DNA of 64,000 nucleotides from NCBI GenBank assembly GCA_030266915.1, contig JAJDIZ010000001.1, positions 9,793-73,792 on the forward strand, written 5' to 3'. Positions 29,039 through 37,870 of the stretch are shown in pieces; position 1 is the stretch's first letter, and each line of letters starts with the position of its first letter. Origin of the DNA: Ruminococcaceae bacterium OttesenSCG-928-D13. Lineage in GTDB: Bacteria > Bacillota > Clostridia > Oscillospirales > Ruminococcaceae. The translations under genes were made by a program, and so were the position numbers. Below the pieces are notes generated by a model. That model did not search any database. It had not been told where the DNA came from and saw nothing but the letters and a program-made list of their open reading frames with translations.

Positions 29039-30550
29039 TCACTTCATCTTTGGGTCAAGGGCATCGCGCAGGCCATCGCCAAAGAAGTTGAATGCCAGCA
29101 CGATCAGTATAATTGCAAGGCCGGGGAAAATGGCCATGTAGGGGTAGCCTTCCAGGTAGGAGCTGCCCGCCCGGAGAATGTTGCCCCACTCGGGGATGTG
29201 TGACGGGATGCCGATGCCAAGGTAGCTCAGCGAGCTGGTGGAGAGCACGGCGATGCCGATTTCAAGGGTGGCGCGCACAATGACCGGCGCCAGGGAGTTG
29301 GGGATGATGTGCTTGAAGATGATGATTGGGTTGGTGGCGCCGCAGGCCCTTGCGGCCTCGATGTACTCGGAGTGGGATACACTGAGCACCGTGGCCCTCA
29401 CCAGCCGGGCAAAAACGGGTATGTTGTAAACACTGATGGCCATTACAAGGGTGGCCGTGCTGGCGCCGAAGGCCGCTATGATGGCAATGGCCAGCAATAT
29501 GGATGGTATCGCGTAGAAAACGTCCAGCACACGCATGATGACGTTGTCCACAACCTTGGCGTAGTAGCCGGCCAAGGCGCCCAGAAGGCCGCCCAGCACC
29601 AGCGGGATGGCAATGGCCGTCATACCCACCACAAGCGAGATGCGGGCGCCGAAGACGATGCGGGAGAATACGCAGCGGCCGAAGTTGTCGGTGCCGAAGG
29701 GGTAGGCCAGGGATGGGCTCTGGAACAGGGCCTCGTAGTTGTTTTCAACCGAAACGGCATAGTCGAAGGTGAGGTAGCTGCAGATGGAGATGGAAAGCAG
29801 GAAGATAACCACCAGCAGACCGATAACGGCCATGTAGTTGCGGAACAGGCGGCGCATGATCTCTATCCACTCGATCGAAATCTCTTTGTTTTTCTGGTAC
29901 AGCCGCTTGAACATCGTCACCGCGAGGATGAGCGCGAAGAAGTTGCCTGTGAGGGTGGTGATCACCAGCGGAATCAGCAGCACTTTCAGCCTTGGGTCGA
30001 TGTTTTTCTCGTCTGTGTATTTGACCACCATCACGGTGACGACGATGTAGAATACCTCCACCAGCGCCAGAAGGCCCATGCCCAGCCAGAAGTTGCGGGG
30101 AATCTGCGGCTTGAAGATGTTCAGGGCCGACACCAGCATCACCATCATGGTGTTTACCAGCATGAAGATGCACAGCTGGAACTCGATGCATTTCTTCCGG
30201 CCCACCAGAGACAGGCCGCCGATGGTGCCGAAGAAGTTGGTCAGGAAGATGAAGAAGGTCATGGGCCAGCCCATGCGCCGGGTGGTTTCGCCAATGTCCC
30301 CGGTGGTGAGGATCTCGCGCCGGGCGCGGCGAAGCACCAGATACATGTAAAGGGCTGTCAGCAGGTATAGCCCGCCAACCGCAATCATGCCCAGAGAGAC
30401 GGTTTTGGCAATGAAGTCATAGCCGAAAATCAGGAAGATGAAACCCACCATGATGGTTGCACCCATCGAGAAGGTTAGGTTTTTGTACTCCACAAAGCCG
30501 CTCAGCTTGACTTTGTTCATTCGTTTTTGGTATTCGCTTGTTTTCATCAC
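29039..30550 (-). CDS. ABC transporter permease (OppC/DppC-like) with a ~220-aa N-terminal polytopic membrane extension
   Basis: The canonical part begins near RRLFRNYMAVIG...PFGTDNFGRCVFSR. About 220 residues with several hydrophobic helices precede it in the same ORF. Confidence 0.75.
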   Translation of the reverse strand: MMKTSEYQKRMNKVKLSGFVEYKNLTFSMGATIMVGFIFLIFGYDFIAKTVSLGMIAVGGLYLLTALYMYLVLRRARREILTTGDIGETTRRMGWPMTFFIFLTNFFGTIGGLSLVGRKKCIEFQLCIFMLVNTMMVMLVSALNIFKPQIPRNFWLGMGLLALVEVFYIVVTVMVVKYTDEKNIDPRLKVLLIPLVITTLTGNFFALILAVTMFKRLYQKNKEISIEWIEIMRRLFRNYMAVIGLLVVIFLLSISICSYLTFDYAVSVENNYEALFQSPSLAYPFGTDNFGRCVFSRIVFGARISLVVGMTAIAIPLVLGGLLGALAGYYAKVVDNVIMRVLDVFYAIPSILLAIAIIAAFGASTATLVMAISVYNIPVFARLVRATVLSVSHSEYIEAARACGATNPIIIFKHIIPNSLAPVIVRATLEIGIAVLSTSSLSYLGIGIPSHIPEWGNILRAGSSYLEGYPYMAIFPGLAIILIVLAFNFFGDGLRDALDPKMK

Positions 30551-30565
30551 TATCCCCCTCTCTGG

Positions 30566-32005
30566 TTAATAATTCTTGAGGCGGGTCTTTATCCTCGGGT
30601 CAACAAAGGTGTAAAGAATATCCACCAGCAGGTTGGCCAGGCTGATTGTCAGCGAGACATACACCACGCTGGCCACCACGGCGGGCACGTCGGGCAGGAA
30701 CTCCTTGTCCACGATGTAGATGCCGATGCCGCTGATGCTAAAGACTTTCTCGGTGGTGGGCGAGCCACCCATGATGCCGCCGAACTGCATGCCGGCCATG
30801 GTGATGATCGGGATCAGCGCGTTGCTCAGGATGTGGCGGAAGGTGACCGAGCGTTCGCTGAGGCCCTTGGCCTTGGCGGTCATCACATAGTCGGAGGAGC
30901 GAACCTCCAGCATGCTGGAGCGGGTCATTCGGGCAATGCCGGCTGCCATGCCCGTGCCCAGCACAATGGCCGGCATGATCATGGACTGCCAGTTGCCCAC
31001 CTGGTAGATGGAGGGAAGCCACCCCGTCTTGATGGAGAAGTTTAGCACCATCACAAGGCCTAACCAGAAGTTGGGGATGGACAGGGCCACCAGCACCACG
31101 AACATAGAGGTGTAGTCGAAGGCGCTGTACTGCCGGATGGCCGAGATGATGCCCACCAGCAGGCCCACAAACAGGGCCAGGGCCATTGAGACGATGGCCA
31201 GCTGCATGGTGACGGGGAACTTGCGGGCAATGGCCTCGCCGATGTTCTCGTTGCCAACGTAGGAACGGCCGAGGTCGAAGGTGGCGATGCGCTTGACCGT
31301 GTCAAAGGCCTGGGACAGGTAGGGCTTGTCCAGCCCGTAGACCTCGCGGAAGTTGGCCACCTGCTCGGGTGTTGCCTTCTCGCCCAGAATGTTGAGCGCC
31401 GGGTCGGAAGGGGAGATGAAGAGGATTGAGAACACCAGGATGATGACGCCCAGCACCACGAAGACGAGCATGGCCAGGCGGTCGACGGTGTACTTCAGGT
31501 AGGGCATCATGTAGATGAGCACCAGGATGTACATCGGGAAGGACACGATGAGGGAGAAGACGAAGAACGGCGCTTTGCTGAGCAGGGCGATGAAGGTGTC
31601 CTGGAAGCCGCTGGTTTTGCGGGTGTCCACGCCCTCCAGCTCGAGCTGGGCGTTCACCTTGTCCTCCAAAGCCAGCAGCGCGGTTTTTTCCGCCTCGCGG
31701 CGCAGCTCCTCATCTGACATGTGTTTGTTGAAGAACTGGTTTTTGCGGCGCAGGTGCGCCTCGGCCTCGGCCTTCAAAGCCGCCAGCTCACCTTTTTCAA
31801 CAAACGCCTTGTGCAGCTCTTCCCGCCGTGCCTGCGCGGGGTTTGATGCGCTGCCTGCCCTTTGCACCAGCTTGACGATCACCAGGGTGATGCAGCCGAA
31901 AATCAGCGAGAGCACCCGGTAAATGCCGTTTCTCTTCATGCGCTCATAGGTTGAAACAATCCGCACGGCGGGCTTATTCAGCGCAGCGGCTTTGGTGCTT
32001 GTCAT
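30566..32005 (-). CDS. ABC transporter permease (OppB/DppB-like) with a ~165-aa N-terminal extension
   Basis: The canonical start-like sequence MPYLKYTVDRLAMLVFVVLG...SPSDPA lies about 165 residues into the ORF. The extension holds one helix, a charged coiled-coil-like segment and another helix. Confidence 0.75.
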   Translation of the reverse strand: MTSTKAAALNKPAVRIVSTYERMKRNGIYRVLSLIFGCITLVIVKLVQRAGSASNPAQARREELHKAFVEKGELAALKAEAEAHLRRKNQFFNKHMSDEELRREAEKTALLALEDKVNAQLELEGVDTRKTSGFQDTFIALLSKAPFFVFSLIVSFPMYILVLIYMMPYLKYTVDRLAMLVFVVLGVIILVFSILFISPSDPALNILGEKATPEQVANFREVYGLDKPYLSQAFDTVKRIATFDLGRSYVGNENIGEAIARKFPVTMQLAIVSMALALFVGLLVGIISAIRQYSAFDYTSMFVVLVALSIPNFWLGLVMVLNFSIKTGWLPSIYQVGNWQSMIMPAIVLGTGMAAGIARMTRSSMLEVRSSDYVMTAKAKGLSERSVTFRHILSNALIPIITMAGMQFGGIMGGSPTTEKVFSISGIGIYIVDKEFLPDVPAVVASVVYVSLTISLANLLVDILYTFVDPRIKTRLKNY

Positions 32006-32072
32006 GGGTTCCTCCTATTGCTTTCGAGCGGTCATAGGAATGTTTTTGGAAAGTACCTTGTCAATGCGGCCC

Positions 32073-33107
32073 TTAAAATCCAAGCTCCGGGTCAAGCTGG
32101 TTTTCCAGCTCCTCGCCCCTGGGCAGCCTGGCAAGGTTTCTGAAAAAGATATCGATGCAGCGGGGGATGTAGTTGACCTCGTCGTCGCAGCCCATGTGCG
32201 GTGTCAGCACGATGTTTTTGGCCGACCACAGCGGCGAATCGGAGGGGAGCGGCTCCTCCTCGAACACGTCGAGCACCGCGCCCGAAATCTGCCCCGACTC
32301 GAGGGCGGCGAGCAGGGCGTCCGCGTCGAGCACCTTGCCCCGGCAGATGTTGACGAACCCGGCCCCCGGTTTCATTGCTGCGAACTGCGCCGTGCTGTAG
32401 AAGTGGTAGCTGTCTTTGGTGGCAGGCATCGTCAGGAAGACGTAGTCGGCCTCGGGCAGCACCTCAAGCAGCTTGTCCGGATGAACGATCTTCTCGAAGC
32501 CATCCTTCGAGGGGACGTAGGGGTCCACCCCGATGGCCTTGATGCCCAGCCGCTTGGCCGCAAGGGCAACCGCCGAGCCCTGCTTGCCACAACCCACAAC
32601 CAGCGCGGTTTTTCCTTCCACAACGGTTAGAAAGTGGCCGTCCCACCGGTGCTCGTGCTGGGCGGTGACCAGCCTGGGAATGTTGTTGCCCAGCATCAGC
32701 ATCGCCATCATGGCATATTCGCAGGTTTTGGGCGCGTGGGCGCCGCGGCTGTTGGTCAGCTTGGTGTGCTCGGGCAGCCAGGTCAGCGGGAACAGGTGCT
32801 CCACCCCGGCGCCGATGATGTGGACATATTTGACGTGGGGCGCCTTCTCGCGGAAGGTTTCCAGCGGGAACATGTAGCCGATCATGGCGTCCTTGTCGGC
32901 CACGGCGCGGTAAAACATCTCGTAGTCGTTCTCGTTCCAGCCCGGTGTGTTCTCAAAGCTGGTCGAGGTTCGGCAGATTTCAAACTCGGCAAGCTCCCGG
33001 ATCAGCGGGTGCCTTGAGAGCGCGGCCTCGAGGCGCTCACTGTCCATCCGGAACACCGTCTGGCTGTCTTCCGCCGTCAATATCAGCACTTTCATCTTTT
33101 CGGGCAT
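32073..33107 (-). CDS. D-isomer-specific 2-hydroxyacid dehydrogenase family protein
   Basis: The track ORF runs to 33695 but overlaps the upstream gene. The ATG at 33107 (MPEKMKVLIL) lies 3 nt after GGGAGGA. It has an NAD fold (VVGCGKQGSAVA) and the catalytic region VLTPHMG. Confidence 0.8.
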   Translation of the reverse strand: MPEKMKVLILTAEDSQTVFRMDSERLEAALSRHPLIRELAEFEICRTSTSFENTPGWNENDYEMFYRAVADKDAMIGYMFPLETFREKAPHVKYVHIIGAGVEHLFPLTWLPEHTKLTNSRGAHAPKTCEYAMMAMLMLGNNIPRLVTAQHEHRWDGHFLTVVEGKTALVVGCGKQGSAVALAAKRLGIKAIGVDPYVPSKDGFEKIVHPDKLLEVLPEADYVFLTMPATKDSYHFYSTAQFAAMKPGAGFVNICRGKVLDADALLAALESGQISGAVLDVFEEEPLPSDSPLWSAKNIVLTPHMGCDDEVNYIPRCIDIFFRNLARLPRGEELENQLDPELGF

Positions 33108-33121
33108 TGCGGTCCTCCCAG

Positions 33122-34006
33122 TTATCTTCTCACATCTGTTTTGGCAAGATACTCGTAGTAGCGCACCAGCGCGCTGTGGTCTTCCATCTCGTGGCCATTG
33201 GCCTTGAGCCACTGCATCATGCCCATAACGGTGGAGGTGAGCGGCAGGGGAGAGCCGACCTCGTAGCCGGTGTCGATGGCGTTTGCCAGGTCCTTGATGT
33301 GCAGGTTGATCCGGAAGCCGGGCTTGAAATCGCCGTCCATCATCATCGGGGCTTTCGCGTCCAGCACGGTGCTGCCGGCCAGCCCCGAACGGATGGCCTT
33401 GTAGATGGCCTCCGGCTCCACGCCAAGCATTTTGCCCAGGGTGAGCGCCTCGCCCACTGCAGCGATGTTTGAGGCCACGATGATCTGATTGGCAAGCTTG
33501 GTGGTGTTGCCCGAGCCGATATCGCCGCACAGCGTAACCGACGCTCCCAGCACCTGCAGGATGTCGTTGACCTTGTCGAGCACCTCCTGCTTGCCGCCAA
33601 CCATGATGGCCAGCGTGCCGTCGATCGCCTTCGGCTCCCCGCCGGAGACAGGCGCGTCCAGCATGAAGCCGCCGACCTTTTCCACCTCGGCGCACACCTC
33701 TTTGGAGGCCACCGGGTTGATCGAGCTCATGTCTACCAGAATGGTGCCGGGGGCCATGCCCTCAAGCGCGCCGGCCTCGCCCAGCACGGCCGCCTTCACA
33801 TGGGGCGAGTTGGGCAGCATGGTGATGATAACATCACTGCCCCGGGCGGCGTCGGCGTTGCTCTCGGCGCGCTGGGCGCCCGCCTGAACCACCTCGTCCA
33901 CGGCGTCGGTGACAAAATCGTATACCTTGAGTGCGTATCCAGCTTTCAGAAGGTTTTTTGCCATGGGCTTGCCCATGATTCCCAACCCGATAAAACCAAT
34001 TTGCAT
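33122..34006 (-). CDS. NAD(P)-dependent 3-hydroxyacid dehydrogenase (3-hydroxyisobutyrate / 2-hydroxy-3-oxopropionate (tartronate semialdehyde) reductase family)
   Basis: MQIGFIGLGIMGKPMAKNL has the Rossmann motif. SPHV...DAPVSGG are family signatures. The ATG at 34006 is better spaced from the RBS than the GTG at 34015. Confidence 0.8.
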   Translation of the reverse strand: MQIGFIGLGIMGKPMAKNLLKAGYALKVYDFVTDAVDEVVQAGAQRAESNADAARGSDVIITMLPNSPHVKAAVLGEAGALEGMAPGTILVDMSSINPVASKEVCAEVEKVGGFMLDAPVSGGEPKAIDGTLAIMVGGKQEVLDKVNDILQVLGASVTLCGDIGSGNTTKLANQIIVASNIAAVGEALTLGKMLGVEPEAIYKAIRSGLAGSTVLDAKAPMMMDGDFKPGFRINLHIKDLANAIDTGYEVGSPLPLTSTVMGMMQWLKANGHEMEDHSALVRYYEYLAKTDVRR

Positions 34007-34062
34007 GCCGGTCACTTCCTCTTCAATATTTTACATCAAATCGTTATAACGCTGCGGAACAC

Positions 34063-35094
34063 TCAGAACTGGCGGCTCAGGTCGAGCAGGTTGATAAGCG
34101 GCTTGCCCTCCCGCTCGTTGCGCAGGTTCTGAATCATCAGGTCCAGTGTGCGGGGGATGTAGTTGACCAGATCGTCGGAGGAGACATGGGGGGTCATGAT
34201 CAGGTTCGGCGTCTCCCACAGGAAGTGGTCCTGCGGCAGCGGCTCCTTCGAAAACACATCCAGAATGGCGCCGGACAGCTCGCCGGCAACCAGCTTGTCG
34301 TGCAGCGCTTTCTCGTCTATCAGCGCCCCGCGGGAGACGTTGATGATGCCTGCGTGCTTGGGCAGCCAGTCCATGGTCTCCCGGTTCATCATGTTGCGCG
34401 TGTCATCGGTGAGCGGGGCAGTGAGCGCCACCATGTCCGCCCGGCCGAAGGCCTCCTTCATCCGGCTGTTCGGCAGCACTTCGTCAAAGAACTCGGGGTT
34501 CTCGTCGAAGGGGCTGATGCCGATGACATACATCCCAAGCCCCTTGGCCCGGCGGGCCATCTCGCCGCCCTGGTTGCCCACGCCGATGACCACAAGGGTT
34601 TTGCCCTGGCTGATGGAGGTGAAGTGCCGGTCCCATTTCTTGTTGTGCTGGGAGGTGACCAGCCGGGGGATGCCGGCGTTTAGCATGGCCAGGAACATGC
34701 CGAAGGACTCGCCCGACTTCGGCAGGTGAACCCCCCGGTTGTTGACCAGCTGGACCCCTTCCGGAACCCAGGTGAACGGCGCCACATGGTCGACCCCGGA
34801 GCTGATGAAGTGGATTACCTTCAGGTCGGGGGCGTAGCCCCGGATGTTCTCAAGCGGGAACATATAGCCGACGAAGATATCGGTGGTTTTCATCTGGGCG
34901 TAGTATTCTTCAAGATTGATGGCAGACCAGTTCTCGGCCTCGTCCCTGTCGCTGCAGCCGATGGTGATGTGAAGCTCGCCGGCCAGGTCTGGGTTTTTAT
35001 CCAGAAGGGCCTGCACCTGCTGCTCGGTGGCGTTAAAAACCGGGGGAGAGCCATTGCTGTTTTCAATGTGGATATGCGTTTTTCCCTGATACAT
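34063..35094 (-). CDS. D-isomer-specific 2-hydroxyacid dehydrogenase family protein (paralog of 32073..33107)
   Basis: GGAGGA RBS 8 nt upstream. VIGVGNQGGEMA...IMTPHVS. It aligns by eye with the other copy along its whole length. Confidence 0.8.
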   Translation of the reverse strand: MYQGKTHIHIENSNGSPPVFNATEQQVQALLDKNPDLAGELHITIGCSDRDEAENWSAINLEEYYAQMKTTDIFVGYMFPLENIRGYAPDLKVIHFISSGVDHVAPFTWVPEGVQLVNNRGVHLPKSGESFGMFLAMLNAGIPRLVTSQHNKKWDRHFTSISQGKTLVVIGVGNQGGEMARRAKGLGMYVIGISPFDENPEFFDEVLPNSRMKEAFGRADMVALTAPLTDDTRNMMNRETMDWLPKHAGIINVSRGALIDEKALHDKLVAGELSGAILDVFSKEPLPQDHFLWETPNLIMTPHVSSDDLVNYIPRTLDLMIQNLRNEREGKPLINLLDLSRQF

Positions 35095-35242
35095 CTATAT
35101 CATCCTCCGTGTATAAAAATGCGTGTGGCTGATTTCCTATCACAACTGTATGTTATATGATCCGGCGCGTCAATAAGGCGGGAAAGGCCCAAACGCCCAC
35201 AAACCACGGAACATCAAGTGGAACACCAAACAGATAAAATTT

Positions 35243-36412
35243 TCATGCCTTATACACAAGCTGCCCGTCGATGAAGGTGTACAGCACCTGAGAGCCGATG
35301 TCCCTCAGCGGGTTGCCGCTGTGGATCACCAGGTCTGCGTCCTTGCCGGGGGCGATGCTGCCCACCCGGTCGGCCACGCCGATGACCTCGGCAGGGTTGA
35401 TGGTGATGCACTCCCAGGCCGTCTGCTCGTCCACCCCGGCGGTTATGGCGTAGCCCGCGCAAAGGGTCAGCCGCTCGATGGGGATAAAGGGCGCGTCGGT
35501 GATGATCGACACCTTCAGGCCGGCGTCCGTCAGCACCTTCAACGTGTCGAAGGTTTTGTTTTTCATCTCGGGCTTGGTCTTGTCGCCAAAGGTCGGGCCT
35601 ATCAGCACGGGCCAGCCCTCGGCGGCCAGCGCATCGGCTATCAGGTGCCCCTCGGTGCAGTGGTCCAGCGTGATGTCCAGCCCAAACTCCCGCGCAACGC
35701 GGATCGAGGTGAAGATGTCGTCCGCCCGGTGGGCGTGGGACTTCAGGGGCATCTGCTTTCGGATGACCGGCAGCAGGGCCTCCATCTTCATGTCGAAGGG
35801 GGGGCGCTTTTTCTCCGGGTTTTGAGAGCGCTCGTATTCCTCCAGATCATCGGAGTAGCGCTTGGCCTTGAAGAGCGCTTCGCGCAGCAGGGCGGCCACG
35901 GCCATCCGGGTGTAGGGGGATTTGTCTTTCAGCCCATAGCTGCTTTTCGGGTTTTCACCGAAGGCAATCTTCATGGCGCATTCCCGGATCATCACCATAT
36001 CATCCACGCGGCTGCCATGGGTTTTCAGGGCCGTGAAGGTGCCGCCGATGACGTTGCCGCTGCCGGGGCCGGTGCACACGCAGGTAACTCCGCCCTTCTG
36101 CGCGTTCTCAAAGCCTTCGTCCATCGGGTTGACCGAGTCGATGCCGCGCAGCTGGGGAGTGATGGGATCCAGCTCCTCGTTGGCGTCCTCGCTCTCCCAG
36201 CGCAGGGCTGTACCAAAGAGCCCGATGTGGCAGTGGGCGTCCACCAGGCCGGGCGTCACCAGCTTGCCGCCGGCGTCCAGCTCATCGGCGCCGGCCGGCC
36301 GCTCAACGGCCTCGCCCACAGCCTTGATCTTGCCGTCTTCAATCAGGATCTGCCCGTTTTGGTATTCCACACCCGCCATGGTTTTGATCACGGCGTTTTT
36401 GATGTACAGCAT
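35243..36412 (-). CDS. Amidohydrolase family protein (paralog of 21022..22185)
   Basis: HxH motif VDAHCHI and GKDADLVIHSG. It shares CTGPGSGNVIGG and SHAHRADDI blocks with 21022..22185. Confidence 0.75.
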   Translation of the reverse strand: MLYIKNAVIKTMAGVEYQNGQILIEDGKIKAVGEAVERPAGADELDAGGKLVTPGLVDAHCHIGLFGTALRWESEDANEELDPITPQLRGIDSVNPMDEGFENAQKGGVTCVCTGPGSGNVIGGTFTALKTHGSRVDDMVMIRECAMKIAFGENPKSSYGLKDKSPYTRMAVAALLREALFKAKRYSDDLEEYERSQNPEKKRPPFDMKMEALLPVIRKQMPLKSHAHRADDIFTSIRVAREFGLDITLDHCTEGHLIADALAAEGWPVLIGPTFGDKTKPEMKNKTFDTLKVLTDAGLKVSIITDAPFIPIERLTLCAGYAITAGVDEQTAWECITINPAEVIGVADRVGSIAPGKDADLVIHSGNPLRDIGSQVLYTFIDGQLVYKA

Positions 36413-36495
36413 AGTGTCCCTGGTATGATGAACGCACAGCAAAGGCTATGGGATCATACTTTCCTTTCTTTGGTTTGGGGGTCATCTTCAGGGCT

Positions 36496-37632
36496 TTACG
36501 CCAGCAGGGCCTGATGGTAGCGCAGGATATTGTCTACCGTGACCCGCAGGTTTTCGGCGCTGTCCTTCTGGCTTTGCGCCAGGGTTTGGGGCAGGCGGTT
36601 GATGGAAAACACGGCGCTGACCCCAAAATCGTAGATCTCGTCGATGTCCAGCTCGTAGCCGCCCACAATGGCCAAAACGGGAACCTCTGCCCGTTTGGCC
36701 CGCTTGGCAACCCCGGCAATCACTTTGCCCCGAAGGCTCTGGCGGTCTAACCTTCCCTCGCCGGTGATCACCAGGTCGGCGCCGGCGCAAACCTGGTCGA
36801 ACTGCACCATGTCCAGCACCAGGTCGATGCCCATTTTCAGCTGGGTGCCCATGAAGGCGGCCATGCCGGCGCCCATGGCGCCGCCGGCCCCGCCCCCGGG
36901 CAGCTTGGAGACGTCCGTTTTCAGGTCCTGCTTGATCAGTCCCGCAAGGTGGATCAGGCCGTTATCCAGGCTGTGAATCATGGCTTCGTCAGCGCCCTTC
37001 TGGGGGCCGTAGATCCAGGCGGCGCCGTTGCGCCCGTACATTGGGTTGTCGATGTCGCACATGATGACGATCTCGACCTTCCTGAGGGCCGGGTGGAGCC
37101 GGGAGACATCGATTTTCGCGATGCTTTCCAGTGTGCCGCCCACCGGGGTGAACTCCTTGCCACTGCTGTCCAGAAAACGCACCCCACAGGCCGCGGCTGC
37201 GCCGCAGCCGGCATCGTTGGTGCAACTGCCCCCAACCGCCAGCAAAATCTTGTTCACGCCCTTTTTGGCCGCCTCAAGCATCAGTGTGCCTACGCCGAAG
37301 GTGGTGGTGAGCAGCGGGTTTTTGTGCTCGCCCACCAGCGGCAGACCCGCGCAGCTGGCCACTTCGATGATCGCCGTTGCGCCGTTTTCCACCAGGCCGT
37401 AGTATCCCTGCATCTCCTCAAAGTATGGCCCGACGGTGGGGGTGAAAACCTTTTCGCCCCCCATGGCGGCCAAAAAGCAGTCCACACTGCCCTCGCCGCC
37501 GTCGGCCACCGGAAGCAGCACCCGCTCGCAGCTGGGAAAATAAGTGGCAAAGCGCTCGCCAACGATGTCACATATTTCCAAAGAGCTCAGGGTTCCCTTG
37601 TATGAATCGGGGATACAGATTATCTTTTCCAG
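36496..37632 (-). CDS. glxK: Glycerate kinase
   Basis: Family blocks are ADGGEGS, GGSCTNDAG and ITGEGRLDRQS. The conserved N-terminal motif (IICIPDSYKGTLSS) lies upstream of the first ATG/GTG/TTG at 37581. A CTG at 37632, 4 nt after GGGGGGAG, is the best start candidate. Confidence 0.75.
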   Translation of the reverse strand: MEKIICIPDSYKGTLSSLEICDIVGERFATYFPSCERVLLPVADGGEGSVDCFLAAMGGEKVFTPTVGPYFEEMQGYYGLVENGATAIIEVASCAGLPLVGEHKNPLLTTTFGVGTLMLEAAKKGVNKILLAVGGSCTNDAGCGAAAACGVRFLDSSGKEFTPVGGTLESIAKIDVSRLHPALRKVEIVIMCDIDNPMYGRNGAAWIYGPQKGADEAMIHSLDNGLIHLAGLIKQDLKTDVSKLPGGGAGGAMGAGMAAFMGTQLKMGIDLVLDMVQFDQVCAGADLVITGEGRLDRQSLRGKVIAGVAKRAKRAEVPVLAIVGGYELDIDEIYDFGVSAVFSINRLPQTLAQSQKDSAENLRVTVDNILRYHQALLA

Positions 37633-37753
37633 TTTGCTCCCCCCAAACTTTCCACGTTTATTTCAATGTACCGGGGCAGGCGGCAAGCGCCCGGTTTGTT
37701 GTTGGTTTCAGTTGATAGCTTCATTCTAACCAAGGGTACTGGATATATAAATA

Positions 37754-37795
37754 TTACGGAGAACATAATCTCAAATGAAATCATGTTCTCCGTAA
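37754..37795. promoter_or_regulatory. 13-bp perfect inverted repeat between cdaR-like and glycerate kinase genes
   Basis: TTACGGAGAACAT-N16-ATGTTCTCCGTAA in an AT-rich spacer. It could be an operator or the terminator of the upstream regulator gene. Confidence 0.4.
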
Positions 37796-37870
37796 CATAT
37801 CAAGAGGGCGTTTTCTATCCCGCAATAGTAATAAGTTGTGTTAATTTGGTGAAATCGACGAAACGGCCGG

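Noticed and set aside
33108-33695. Upstream extension of ORF 32073..33695 (540 aa)
   Set aside because: The extension overlaps the well-supported GarR-like gene in another frame and is Arg/Gly-rich nonsense. A GGGAGGA RBS precedes the internal ATG at 33107, which starts a normal-length 2-hydroxyacid dehydrogenase. For the same reason I trimmed the upstream extensions of ORFs 15349, 19608, 39200, 43978, 45861 and 60784.
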